A stretch of DNA of 54,043 nucleotides from an uncultured virus (IMG/VR IMGVR_UViG_3300037312_001617) (lineage: Duplodnaviria; Heunggongvirae; Uroviricota; Caudoviricetes): the IMG/VR virus record IMGVR_UViG_3300037312_001617, positions 62,001 to 116,043 of that record; one strand, 5' to 3'. This document shows positions 8,730-17,824 of this stretch, piece after piece. Within the stretch, counting starts at the first letter, position 1, and every line of letters starts with the position of its first letter. The position numbers and the translations under genes are program-made. Under the pieces are notes generated by a model. The model saw only the letters and a list, made by a program, of their open reading frames with translations. It was not told where the DNA came from and did not search any database.

Positions 8730-8806
8730 GTTTCTATATTTCTATATTACATGATAATGGTATAATGGTCATAGGACAAAAAGGAAGAAGAGAGAGGTTT
8801 TTCGTC

Positions 8807-9124
8807 ATGGGGTTAACTGGAGAGTGGGTTAAGGGACCGTTTTTGTGTACCACCATTGAGGGTTTTGTTTTGGAAGTATCGAATGGGTATTGCAAAATTA
8901 TTGTCAAAAAGATGGACGATGTTGAGGAATACCTGCCACCACGTTTACAAATAGGTTCTGTTCATTACTTGCCTTTGAGAGTAATAGAAGAGTTTTATAT
9001 ACATTTTAATTTCGACCAACAATCATCGTTGATCGAAACGGCTCAAATGTTGGATGACTATCATTGGGTAGCTGAGCTGAAAGAGCAATTCTATAATCCG
9101 TTTATTAGCAAACAAATTATTTAA
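8807..9124 (+). CDS. Hypothetical protein, possible C-terminal IDEAL-like domain
   Basis: ATG 8807 after GAGAGG; C-terminal LIETAQMLDDYHWVAEL resembles IDEAL-domain helices. Confidence 0.55.
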   Translation: MGLTGEWVKGPFLCTTIEGFVLEVSNGYCKIIVKKMDDVEEYLPPRLQIGSVHYLPLRVIEEFYIHFNFDQQSSLIETAQMLDDYHWVAELKEQFYNPFISKQII

Positions 9125-9139
9125 AAGGGGAATTTATCA

Positions 9140-9589
9140 ATGATGAATCGTGTTGTGCTTGTTGGCCGTTTAACAAAAGATCCAGATTTGCGTTATACAC
9201 CAAATGGGGTTCCTGTTGCCACCTTTACTCTAGCGGTCAATCGTCCTTTTGCTGATCAATCCGGTGAGAGGCAGGCAGACTTTATCAACTGTGTGGTTTG
9301 GCGTAAACCAGCGGAGAACGTATCAAATTACCTTAAAAAAGGTTCGCTTTGTGGAGTCGATGGACGAATTCAAACAAGGAATTACGAAGGTCAAGATGGT
9401 AAACGTGTTTACGTTACAGAAGTTCAAGCAGAAAGCGTACAATTCTTAGAAACAAAGAGTAACAATGGATACCAACCACCAATGGAGCCGCCCCCAGAAC
9501 GTGGCGGCACAAATCAATATAACAAGAATAGTGATCCATTCGCCGGAAGCGGAAATATTGACCTTGGCGAAGATGATCATCCATTCTGA
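9140..9589 (+). CDS. ssb: Single-stranded DNA-binding protein
   Basis: [43 protein letters not shown], acidic tail EDDHPF; closely resembles Bacillus SsbA. Confidence 0.97.
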   Translation: MMNRVVLVGRLTKDPDLRYTPNGVPVATFTLAVNRPFADQSGERQADFINCVVWRKPAENVSNYLKKGSLCGVDGRIQTRNYEGQDGKRVYVTEVQAESVQFLETKSNNGYQPPMEPPPERGGTNQYNKNSDPFAGSGNIDLGEDDHPF

Positions 9590-9593
9590 TGAC

Positions 9594-9621
9594 AACCCAC
9601 CGTACAAGCGGTGGGTTTTTT
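9594..9621 (+). terminator. Rho-independent terminator
   Basis: AACCCACCG-tacaag-CGGTGGGTT then T-run. Confidence 0.85.
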
Positions 9622-9634
9622 GATATATTGATAA

Positions 9635-9656
9635 TAGGTAATTTATCATAGGACTA
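9635..9656. promoter_or_regulatory. Operator-like site upstream of the head operon
   Basis: TAGGTAATTTATCATA (one mismatch to TAGG-N8-CCTA) overlapping a TAGGACTA half-site, just before RBS AGGAGG. Confidence 0.5.
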
Positions 9657-9675
9657 AAGAAGGAGGTTGAGGGAA

Positions 9676-12084
9676 ATGTCGTTCGATAAAGTTATCCCTT
9701 CAAGGATTTCGGAATACAAAATTTTCAATGTTTCATCGACGGATGAATTAATCAAAGAAGCTAGTGAAATAGATTTTCCGTCAGGCTTTGTCTATGATCC
9801 TGACTTTCTATATATGTGGGTCAGAATCGTGTCCGCGGGAGAGTTTTATGGGCCTAATAAGAACGGAGATTACTTTCCTGAGAGTGAGCTAGTTTCCTAT
9901 TGGGAGACTTTTAGAGAAGCTCATCCTTTTAAAAATCATGAGAATAAGAATGTTGAAAATGCCATCGGAAAGATTATCGATGTACGTTGGAATTCTCTTA
10001 TGAAGTGCGTGGAAATCCTGAAAGGGATTGATAAGAAAAGAGCTCCAGAGGTTGCGAGAGGATTTCAAAAAGGCTATTTAACTGACGTTTCGATGGGCTG
10101 TAAAGTTCCTTACACCGAGTGCAGCGTGTGCGGAAATCGGGCGAGAAAACGGTCAGAGTTCTGCGATCACGTAAGAAATCATCGTTTGCAATTTTTAGGG
10201 AACGGCGAACGAGTTTATGAGGTTAACTATAAACCACGCTTCCATGATTCTAGCACTGTATTAAATGGAGCTGAGCGTGTCGCAAAAGCGTTCTACATTA
10301 TTGATACACCTCCGAAAGGTGTAAATGTTTCTTTCAATAAAGTAGCTTCATCAACAGGGGCTACCATTCACTATATCCCTGTTTCGGAGGTTGAAATGGA
10401 TAAAATCGCATCAGTACAAGAAACCATTCACCCGCTTTTAAAAGAAGAAGTATTGGAGAAAAGCGCATCTGCTTCTCCTATGATGAAAAAAATCGCCGAA
10501 TTAGAAAAAGAACTGACAGGAAAGATTTTGAATGCAGTTAGTGAATCTAATAGCGGGAAAAATCCCCAAGCAAAACCAATGCTGGAAGTAATTAAATTTT
10601 TAACGGACAAGCGAATGGATGAAAAATCTCTAAAAAAAATCGCTTTGTCGGTTAAGGAAGTAGCCAAGCAAAATAACGTTCCGTTACCAAAAGCATTCAG
10701 CACCTTAATTGGCGTGGCTGAATTGTTGGGGATCGAGTTCTTTCCGAGTGAAATCCATACGCTTCTTAGCCACTTGACGGATGCAGGCTTAAATCGAGAT
10801 TTGGATTTATCCGCTGGCGGTGAGGAACCTGTTTATCCGAGTGAGTATGCCAATGCGGTCCATAAAGCAGTTGCAGCCATAGAACCTGCACATGGATTTA
10901 ACAGTCCATCGAGCCTATTTAGGATTTACGATGATGCTGCTCATAACGTAGGTGGATTAACGGAAAATCCGTTGTCTTTCCTTTCGTCATACTCAGATGA
11001 TGACGATATGGATACTAGACCACCGGTTCATGTCATCCGAATCATAAAGAAAACGTTAAGCCCAATCATGGGGCTTAGAAGTCATCGTCCAGAACATCTG
11101 TATCCAAGACTTTCGGTCATCCTGGCTGGGCACAGACCAATCATCGGAAATAGTGATGTTCGTCGAGACTTAGGGATTCTTTCTGAACCTTCCAGTGCAG
11201 GAGACCTATTAGGAAGGCTGGCATACGGTTTATATCAACAAATGAGACCGGAAATGACGGGAACGCGTTTAATCAAGTTTGCTGCAGAAGAATTAGATGG
11301 GTTGGAGAAAAAGGCATATGAATTTACTCCTCATATCGGTTACGTCAACAATAAACCGAAAATAGGATTGGGTTACCGACAATTAGCGATGGGTGCGATT
11401 CCTCTGGCTTATGGTGCGAGTGCATTCCAAAAATCGCGCCGGGATCATGGAGGTTATTTGAGCGATGGACAGAACTTCGTTGCCGATCATCCAGGCATGA
11501 TTGCTCTTGGTGCTATTTTTGGCGGAAAACCAATTTCTAGAGCAGTAGTGAAATCCGGTAAAGGTGTTGCTTCTGCCGTTGGAAAAGGCATTGATGCAGT
11601 AAAATCTTCGTTTACCAAACAGGCGGATGAATTTTTATATGAAGAAATGGTAAAGGAAGCTTCGGCCGGTTCCTCTGGAGACTTCAATGTGTTCCAAGGA
11701 AACGAGGTCATGAAGCGCTATATGGATGAAACAGGAGCAAATTCAGAACAAGCGAGTGCGGTAAAGATGGCCACTCTTTTAACACTGGGAGGAATGGATA
11801 AAACGGCATTTGAGATTATGGACCATTACAACATTCCAAACCAAGAAAAAGGAAGATTGCTAAAAATTGCGATGGTTTACACAGATGAGCAATTGGAAAA
11901 GGCAGCCGAGGATTTCACGAACAACTTAATTCTTAGTGCATTCAGCGATACTTCTCCGTTAGCACCGACTTTACCAGGAAGAGCTATAGATGCTTTGATT
12001 TTCAAACAGCTCGGAAAGTTGGCTCAACCTAAACATCCTAATCAACCCCAACCCAATCAGCCGATGAAGGGAGATTTAAACTAA
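9676..12084 (+). CDS. Prohead (capsid maturation) protease-like protein with Zn finger and long KxA-rich C-terminus
   Basis: PNKNGDYF, FKNHEN, IGKIID, DVSMGCKVPYTECSVCGN...FCDH resemble Zn-finger herpes/HK97-fold prohead proteases of large myoviruses; first gene of head operon. Confidence 0.7.
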   Translation: MSFDKVIPSRISEYKIFNVSSTDELIKEASEIDFPSGFVYDPDFLYMWVRIVSAGEFYGPNKNGDYFPESELVSYWETFREAHPFKNHENKNVENAIGKIIDVRWNSLMKCVEILKGIDKKRAPEVARGFQKGYLTDVSMGCKVPYTECSVCGNRARKRSEFCDHVRNHRLQFLGNGERVYEVNYKPRFHDSSTVLNGAERVAKAFYIIDTPPKGVNVSFNKVASSTGATIHYIPVSEVEMDKIASVQETIHPLLKEEVLEKSASASPMMKKIAELEKELTGKILNAVSESNSGKNPQAKPMLEVIKFLTDKRMDEKSLKKIALSVKEVAKQNNVPLPKAFSTLIGVAELLGIEFFPSEIHTLLSHLTDAGLNRDLDLSAGGEEPVYPSEYANAVHKAVAAIEPAHGFNSPSSLFRIYDDAAHNVGGLTENPLSFLSSYSDDDDMDTRPPVHVIRIIKKTLSPIMGLRSHRPEHLYPRLSVILAGHRPIIGNSDVRRDLGILSEPSSAGDLLGRLAYGLYQQMRPEMTGTRLIKFAAEELDGLEKKAYEFTPHIGYVNNKPKIGLGYRQLAMGAIPLAYGASAFQKSRRDHGGYLSDGQNFVADHPGMIALGAIFGGKPISRAVVKSGKGVASAVGKGIDAVKSSFTKQADEFLYEEMVKEASAGSSGDFNVFQGNEVMKRYMDETGANSEQASAVKMATLLTLGGMDKTAFEIMDHYNIPNQEKGRLLKIAMVYTDEQLEKAAEDFTNNLILSAFSDTSPLAPTLPGRAIDALIFKQLGKLAQPKHPNQPQPNQPMKGDLN

Positions 12085-12794
12085 TGATCAATCGATATTC
12101 CAATCAGAATCATGCGGTTCATCGAAAAGAAAATGATTTAGAGAAGATCGCCAGTGTTTATGACAAAATGAGCATTTCCAATCGTGTAAAAGAGGAGAAG
12201 GAATTGTCTTTCTCTTCTCTACATCCTTTTGAATCTGAAGGTGTTCTTTCTATTATGAAAAAACAAGCGTCGGAATTAGAAGAGTTAGAGATGGAGAAAA
12301 AAGCGAATCCTTTTGAGGTATTCGGAGGGGCAAAACATTATATTTCTTCCAAACTGGGTGTGGGAGATGATATGGCTCATAACCTTGCTTCTACTGTATT
12401 ATCGAGAGCTCAAGACCTTTCAAACGTTTACGGCGGCAATGTCAATGATATGGTCACAGGGATTGTCGACAATATGGATAAAAATGAAATCCACACTCGC
12501 TTAGGTGTGGTTCCAATGAGACCGATGAGTCCGCAAGAGACGGAAGATGCCGTGGAGCAACAACTGATGGCCGCATTTCATTTATCTGCGGTAGATGTCG
12601 CTCATTACAAAAAAAATGTTATGGATCAGGCTCGTAACTTATCTGTCCTGCACAGACAAAATGAGATATCCGACATTGCGGCTGCCATTATCAAAGTGTT
12701 AGTAACTCATCAGGACATTACATTGGTCAATAACATTTCATCATCTGCTGCACTTAAAAAAGAAGTTGAAGCGCATTTGGCTCAAGGGCAGTAG
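12084..12794 (+). CDS. Putative internal head protein (KxA-rich propeptide plus two repeated helical units)
   Basis: LEKIA, MKKQA, MEKKA in the N-terminal third; internal repeat AHNLASTVLSRAQDLS / AHYKKNVMDQARNLS. Confidence 0.55.
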   Translation: MINRYSNQNHAVHRKENDLEKIASVYDKMSISNRVKEEKELSFSSLHPFESEGVLSIMKKQASELEELEMEKKANPFEVFGGAKHYISSKLGVGDDMAHNLASTVLSRAQDLSNVYGGNVNDMVTGIVDNMDKNEIHTRLGVVPMRPMSPQETEDAVEQQLMAAFHLSAVDVAHYKKNVMDQARNLSVLHRQNEISDIAAAIIKVLVTHQDITLVNNISSSAALKKEVEAHLAQGQ

Positions 12795-12806
12795 GAGGGA
12801 ACCGTC

Positions 12807-14015
12807 ATGGAAGAACAACGATTATTTGGTGATAAGCCTTTTATGGAAAAAGAGGCGTTGGAACTGAACCCTAGAGCCATCATAGGTGCGCTTAAAGGGG
12901 CAGGAAATCTGTTTAGAAGAACACCTAGAGAACCACAAGCAGGGGGAATGGGGAAATTCGTTCATAACGCAGGTGAATCTACCGTTAATCCTGAAAATGT
13001 GAGAATGTTCGATGAAGCAGAAGTGCAAGAAAGGGCGAGGAAAGAAAGTTTAAAGTCCGGAACGGGAAGCTTCGTTAGCGATGCTTTATTGGGAATCACC
13101 AAAAGAGTAGTGCCTAAAACAAAGGAACCGATTGAAAATTTTGTTGGCAAGGCAAAAGAAACGATTGAGGGATGGGATACAGCAGCTGGGAAAGTGCTAT
13201 CAGGAAAAAACCCTGATTCTTTAAGGGGAAAATTATTCTCTTCTAAAGTGGGCCGACAAGTGGGAGAAATCACAGAAGATGGTTCGACAGATCCATTAAT
13301 GAGGGAAGGAAGAAGACCGTCTTTGATTGCGCCTATCGAAAATACGGTAAAGGTAACGACGCCATTTTTGGCTACCGCTTATGTTGCGGATAAGTTATAT
13401 CCACCGAACAAACAACAAGAAAGCACCCTTCCCCCATACGAGGATAATTTGCAGAAGACATCTTATTTCGATGAGTCTTTCATGGAACAAATGGATAAAA
13501 TCGCTTCCATGCAGAAGATTGCGGAATTGGAAGAATGCCTTAACCATGCTGAAACTGAGTTGGAAAAAGTGGCAATGGAAAAGACAGCGGTGGAAAAAAG
13601 ACTCGAAAACACCATAAGGGAAAAAGAATCGTTAGAAAAACGAGCAAGCCTAGCGGAAGAAAATCTACTGGAAAAAGTTGCGGAGTTCGAGGAACTTCGG
13701 TTAAGGACGATTGCGAAAGAACGCTCTAAGGTGGCTGTCGAACTAGCAGAACAGTTGTTAGAAGCTGGGATTGTCAAGCAAGCTCATTTAAATGATACAA
13801 TCGACAATCTTATGGAGTGCGACGAAGGTACTATAAATATGTATTCTAATATGGTTAAAGAAGGAAAAAGACAGGACGAAAGTCTTGAAAGTTTAGCATT
13901 TTTAAGCGAATATAAGAGTAATGATAAACTAGTCTCGAACTCTGATGGGACTTCTGTACTATCTAAAAGAGGTCAAACTATAGGGGAAGCGGCTAGGGAT
14001 CTCAACAAACGATAA
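12807..14015 (+). CDS. Putative capsid scaffold protein
   Basis: Acidic coiled-coil C-terminal half with many LEKxA motifs, upstream of decoration and capsid genes. Confidence 0.6.
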   Translation: MEEQRLFGDKPFMEKEALELNPRAIIGALKGAGNLFRRTPREPQAGGMGKFVHNAGESTVNPENVRMFDEAEVQERARKESLKSGTGSFVSDALLGITKRVVPKTKEPIENFVGKAKETIEGWDTAAGKVLSGKNPDSLRGKLFSSKVGRQVGEITEDGSTDPLMREGRRPSLIAPIENTVKVTTPFLATAYVADKLYPPNKQQESTLPPYEDNLQKTSYFDESFMEQMDKIASMQKIAELEECLNHAETELEKVAMEKTAVEKRLENTIREKESLEKRASLAEENLLEKVAEFEELRLRTIAKERSKVAVELAEQLLEAGIVKQAHLNDTIDNLMECDEGTINMYSNMVKEGKRQDESLESLAFLSEYKSNDKLVSNSDGTSVLSKRGQTIGEAARDLNKR

Positions 14016-14036
14016 ATGACAAGGAGGAATAGACCG

Positions 14037-14480
14037 ATGGCTCTAGCGCAAACAAATTATTTCCAAAATGCTCACAGACTCGATCGCCCAATTGCCGCTG
14101 CTGTTACAAACATTCAACCAGGACAGTTGTTCCAATTAAACGCAAACGGTGAATTCGAAGTAGCTGATGGTACTAAAAAAGCGTATCCAACACTTAACTC
14201 TCGTTTTCCAGGGCAAGGGTTAGGACGTCAAGGTGAAAGATTAGAAGGACGCGACGATGTAAGCCGTTCTGGACGTATCGCGGTTCTTAAAGGGAACTTT
14301 GAAATCGGTACTGACCAATACGATAAGACAAAAACATTCGCTTATGGCGCTCCAGTAGTACCAGGTGCAGGAGGAAAAGTAATTCCTTTTGTTGAGGGTA
14401 CTCACAAAGTACAAAACATTGTAGGTCATGTAACCCATGTTCCGACTGACGCTAGCGATATGATCCGCTACGAAGGTTAA
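14037..14480 (+). CDS. Head decoration / capsid cement protein
   Basis: Small Gly-rich beta protein (SGRIAVLKG, VGHVTHVP) directly upstream of the capsid gene; RBS AGGAGG. Confidence 0.6.
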   Translation: MALAQTNYFQNAHRLDRPIAAAVTNIQPGQLFQLNANGEFEVADGTKKAYPTLNSRFPGQGLGRQGERLEGRDDVSRSGRIAVLKGNFEIGTDQYDKTKTFAYGAPVVPGAGGKVIPFVEGTHKVQNIVGHVTHVPTDASDMIRYEG

Positions 14481-14510
14481 TAGATAAAAAGGGAAAAGGA
14501 GGAATATACA

Positions 14511-15428
14511 ATGCCAATGTCAACACCACGTATGAACGGTGAACTTCGTGAAGAAGAGTTAGAGCTTCGCGAACTTCTATCATCTCCAACCGGTTTTGAA
14601 CGCTATGCGTCAGAAAAAATGCCGGAATTTATTCAAGTTGTACGAGATTACGAGGGCTTTGTCCGTGACGTTCTTATGGTCACTGAAGTTACTCCCGAAG
14701 ACCTTGTTCGTGTAGACGAAGAAGTATTTGTCGTTTACTCGAAAGACGTTGATGCAACAGCATCCGTTATCGCTCGTTACGGCGAAGCGCCTACTCTAAT
14801 GGTTAAGGGTACTACCGTGAAGGTAACCTTCTTCCCGGTTACAACTCCACGCTTAACTATTACTCAGTGGGATCTCGACACTCAACCATACGATTTAATG
14901 CGTCGTACTCAAGAGAAGGCGGGCCAAGAGCTTTCTAAGTTAGAAGACAGAACTTTCTTAGATGCAATTGACGGCCTAATCGAATCTCCTGAAGCTGGTG
15001 GTAAGCAGCAAGTTACTCAAACTGAAACTGCTATCACTAAAGCTGGTATGTTAGCAATCAAGCAAATTTTCAGCCGTAACAACGTTGCGTTCTCATCTTA
15101 TCTAATGCACCCAGCTACTTATGATAGCTTCCTATTATGGGGCGAGGCTGAATTAGATCAATTCACCCAACGCACTGTCTTGGAAACTGGCCAGCTGCCT
15201 ACGATTTGGGGTGGCTTGAAGATGATCACAGGTATGATGATTCCTGAAAACTACGTTTATGGTCTTGCTCCGAAGGAGATTCTAGGTCGTATGCCAATCC
15301 TTCGTGATGTGACGATTGACGTACAACGAATCCCTCAGACACAGGATAAGGAATTGTTGGCTTACGAGTACATCGGCATGTACATTCACAGCCATTTAGC
15401 GGTTTCTCGACTTGAACTTGCATCCTAA
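14511..15428 (+). CDS. Major capsid protein (HK97-like fold)
   Basis: 305 aa; RDYEGFVRDVL, YDLMRRTQEKAGQELSKLED, YLMHPATY, YEYIGMYI pattern; strong RBS, highly-expressed codon usage, downstream terminator. Confidence 0.8.
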   Translation: MPMSTPRMNGELREEELELRELLSSPTGFERYASEKMPEFIQVVRDYEGFVRDVLMVTEVTPEDLVRVDEEVFVVYSKDVDATASVIARYGEAPTLMVKGTTVKVTFFPVTTPRLTITQWDLDTQPYDLMRRTQEKAGQELSKLEDRTFLDAIDGLIESPEAGGKQQVTQTETAITKAGMLAIKQIFSRNNVAFSSYLMHPATYDSFLLWGEAELDQFTQRTVLETGQLPTIWGGLKMITGMMIPENYVYGLAPKEILGRMPILRDVTIDVQRIPQTQDKELLAYEYIGMYIHSHLAVSRLELAS

Positions 15429-15482
15429 TAAAATATCATTCTAGTCCGCCGCCATTTGACTGGTACTAACGGCGGGTCAACC

Positions 15483-15515
15483 AAACGAGGCGGAACCTAA
15501 TCCGCCTCGTTTTTT
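15483..15515 (+). terminator. Rho-independent terminator after the capsid gene
   Basis: AAACGAGGCGGA-acctaa-TCCGCCTCGTTT plus T-run. Confidence 0.9.
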
Positions 15516-15542
15516 AGTTAATAGAAAAGGAGAAGATTAATC

Positions 15543-15863
15543 ATGGCAAAAGACCTATGTTCATTAGTCATTGTGAATTTAAAAAACATTACGAGGATTG
15601 TCGGTAATAACATTGTTCCTGCAAAAGGCAGTACGTTAGTTCATTTTAGAGATTTAAACCAATTGAAGTTGGCTCTTAAATTGCAAGAGAATAATAGAAT
15701 CGTGATTCAGTCAGAAATCCCTGCTGATCTCTTAGCAAAAGTTGATCCTGTCTTTTCTATGCAACAAGCGGTTGAGCCTGTTGTAGAAGAAACGCCGGTG
15801 GAAGAAGTACCAGTAGAAGAAGAAGTGAAACCGAAAAAGCCACGTACAAAGAAAAATCAATAA
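15543..15863 (+). CDS. Hypothetical virion-associated protein
   Basis: 106 aa, RBS AAGGAG, acidic then basic low-complexity tail typical of post-capsid genes. Confidence 0.65.
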   Translation: MAKDLCSLVIVNLKNITRIVGNNIVPAKGSTLVHFRDLNQLKLALKLQENNRIVIQSEIPADLLAKVDPVFSMQQAVEPVVEETPVEEVPVEEEVKPKKPRTKKNQ

Positions 15864-15887
15864 GCAATAGAAGTGAGGTGTGTGGTG

Positions 15888-16337
15888 ATGGCTGTAACAA
15901 CGGAACCGATGATCACCTATGTGAGACGATTCAGAGGGAAAATTCTGGACACCGACCCCATGTTAAATACGTTAAACGATAGCAAATTAGAATTTACGGA
16001 CGACCAAATTGCTGGGTGGATTGAAGAGGCTTGGTACTACATAAACGAATCTGCCCCTCCCACCCGATATAGCTTAGAACAGTTTCCAAGGACCGCCCTC
16101 CTTTTGGATGGCGCCATGATGATGATGATGGAGGCAAGAGGGCTATTGCATTTAAGAAACCAGATCAGTTACAGCGATGCTGGTTTTAGTGTAAACATGG
16201 ACGATAAATCTGGAATGTATGCTCAATGGATGTCGAATAAAGCGAGTTTGTTTTTATCAGAACTCAAAGCCTTTAAAAGATCACGTCCTCCTGGGTTCAT
16301 TGGAGTGGCTAGTCCTCTATCGTGGTGGCGTGTATGA
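15888..16337 (+). CDS. Head-tail adaptor / neck protein
   Basis: Position; helical protein with FTDDQI...IN..PP and RNQISYSDAGFSV. Confidence 0.6.
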   Translation: MAVTTEPMITYVRRFRGKILDTDPMLNTLNDSKLEFTDDQIAGWIEEAWYYINESAPPTRYSLEQFPRTALLLDGAMMMMMEARGLLHLRNQISYSDAGFSVNMDDKSGMYAQWMSNKASLFLSELKAFKRSRPPGFIGVASPLSWWRV

Positions 16338-17077
16338 AAATATATGTTACCTCTTTAACCGAACTGTACATTGAATGGTCTATTCAGGGAGAAGAATTTG
16401 AACTCTCAAGGTCGACCTCTCCTGATAGCGAATTTGAGCCTGTTGCCATCCATCACCCTCAACCATTTTTTGTGGATTACGACGTTAATCTATTTGATGA
16501 AAATGTCCGATATTACTACAAAGTGACAGGGTTTATTGATGGAAAAAAGGTAGCAGAAGATGGTCCGGGAACACTAGAGTACAACTCTCGTGACAATGTG
16601 GCCAATAAAGTGATTCATGAATCCAAAGTCGTCCTTCGGATGATGAACAACCCGCCCGTTTACTTTTTGTTGAAGCGGAGAGTCGGCTATTCTTGCTCGG
16701 AATGTTGGAATCCTATCACGAAAAGAGTCAGTTATGCGAACTGTCCGGTTTGTAATGGAACGGGAATCATGGATGGATATCATGCTCCCATCCCATCAAG
16801 GGTATCTCAAGATGTATCACAACTGACAATGGCATCTGGGGAGATGGATAGTGATCGAGTGAGTTTATCACCCATTCGGGCATGGACGACCAATACGCCT
16901 TTACTATATCCAGAGGACATATTAGTCGATGTATTGAACCAAAGGTACAAAATCATGAATGTCGCTCGAAGAACCCGCTCGAATTCGGTCATCCGTCAAA
17001 TCATTGACTTGGCACCTTTGGATAAGGGTCATCCTTGTTATCAGGTGGAAGTGGATAGGACGGTGAAACCTGTATGA
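16334..17077 (+). CDS. Neck / head-closure protein with Zn finger
   Basis: CSECW...CPVCNGTG...GY zinc ribbon; N-terminal FN3-like strands (YYYKVTG); ATGA coupling. Confidence 0.55.
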   Translation: MKIYVTSLTELYIEWSIQGEEFELSRSTSPDSEFEPVAIHHPQPFFVDYDVNLFDENVRYYYKVTGFIDGKKVAEDGPGTLEYNSRDNVANKVIHESKVVLRMMNNPPVYFLLKRRVGYSCSECWNPITKRVSYANCPVCNGTGIMDGYHAPIPSRVSQDVSQLTMASGEMDSDRVSLSPIRAWTTNTPLLYPEDILVDVLNQRYKIMNVARRTRSNSVIRQIIDLAPLDKGHPCYQVEVDRTVKPV

Positions 17078-17727
17078 GTGAGCGAACAATTTTCCCGGAT
17101 TTAAAGTTATTTAAAAAGACCGTAACCGAACATTTCTTATTGTCATTGCAAGAGATTTATAGGATTCATCCGGTCTACCCCTATACCGATGACGAGTCTC
17201 CATATACCTCGATTCATATTAGTCCAACATACGCCAATATCACCTATGATAGCCTGCGCCCTCAGCTATTAGTGAAAGTGGGTCAGTATGATATGGCGTT
17301 ACAAGATACACTTGGTAACAACTTATATGAAGAGATTAGAAATGATGACGATGTAATTGGGGGTTATCGCTCCCTTAAAAATCTATCGACGATGGTTACA
17401 GTTATGGTTCGAGCATTTGCGGAAGAGGAATCTTCGGATATTGCGGACGAATTAGCGGTTTTAGGTGTGTATGCAGCTCACCATATGTTTGCGCAAATGG
17501 GGCTGAATATCAGAGGCTCCTCTGTCTCTGAAACGGTTAAAGTGGACAATCAAAATGATTACTTTCAGACCAACGTTAATTTTCAAGTGGATGTTCCTTG
17601 GCAATTCACAACCGTTAATCGTTCGGGAGCTACTAATCCGGACTGGGAAACGACCATTCCAGAAGATTTTATAGGCGTGTATCGTATGCCGGGTGTGTAT
17701 GTGCATCCTAAAAAACTAGTAAAATAG
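17074..17727 (+). CDS. Putative tail terminator / completion protein
   Basis: Position directly before the sheath; alpha/beta pattern (VTVMVRAFAEEESSDIADEL). Confidence 0.5.
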   Translation: MSERTIFPDLKLFKKTVTEHFLLSLQEIYRIHPVYPYTDDESPYTSIHISPTYANITYDSLRPQLLVKVGQYDMALQDTLGNNLYEEIRNDDDVIGGYRSLKNLSTMVTVMVRAFAEEESSDIADELAVLGVYAAHHMFAQMGLNIRGSSVSETVKVDNQNDYFQTNVNFQVDVPWQFTTVNRSGATNPDWETTIPEDFIGVYRMPGVYVHPKKLVK

Positions 17728-17732
17728 TCTTA
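17717..17732. promoter_or_regulatory. Operator-like site upstream of the sheath gene
   Basis: TAGTAAAATAGTCTTA; reverse complement differs by 1 nt from the 19942 site. Confidence 0.55.
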
Positions 17733-17824
17733 TAAAAACAAGGTAATTGCATCTTTCATTTGGTGCATAAGTCCTATAAAAGCTATAAAATTAGATTAAT
17801 AGTTGATTAAAGGAGGGAAAACGG

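Noticed and set aside
8591..8806. N-terminal 72 codons of the 177-aa ORF and the extension of tmk to 8607
   Set aside because: They span promoter and terminator-like sequence; RBS-supported starts are at 8807 and 8559
15441..15480. HDV-like or hammerhead ribozyme
   Set aside because: Strand order does not fit the HDV nested double pseudoknot and there is no CUGAUGA/GAAA core; kept only as a generic structured element
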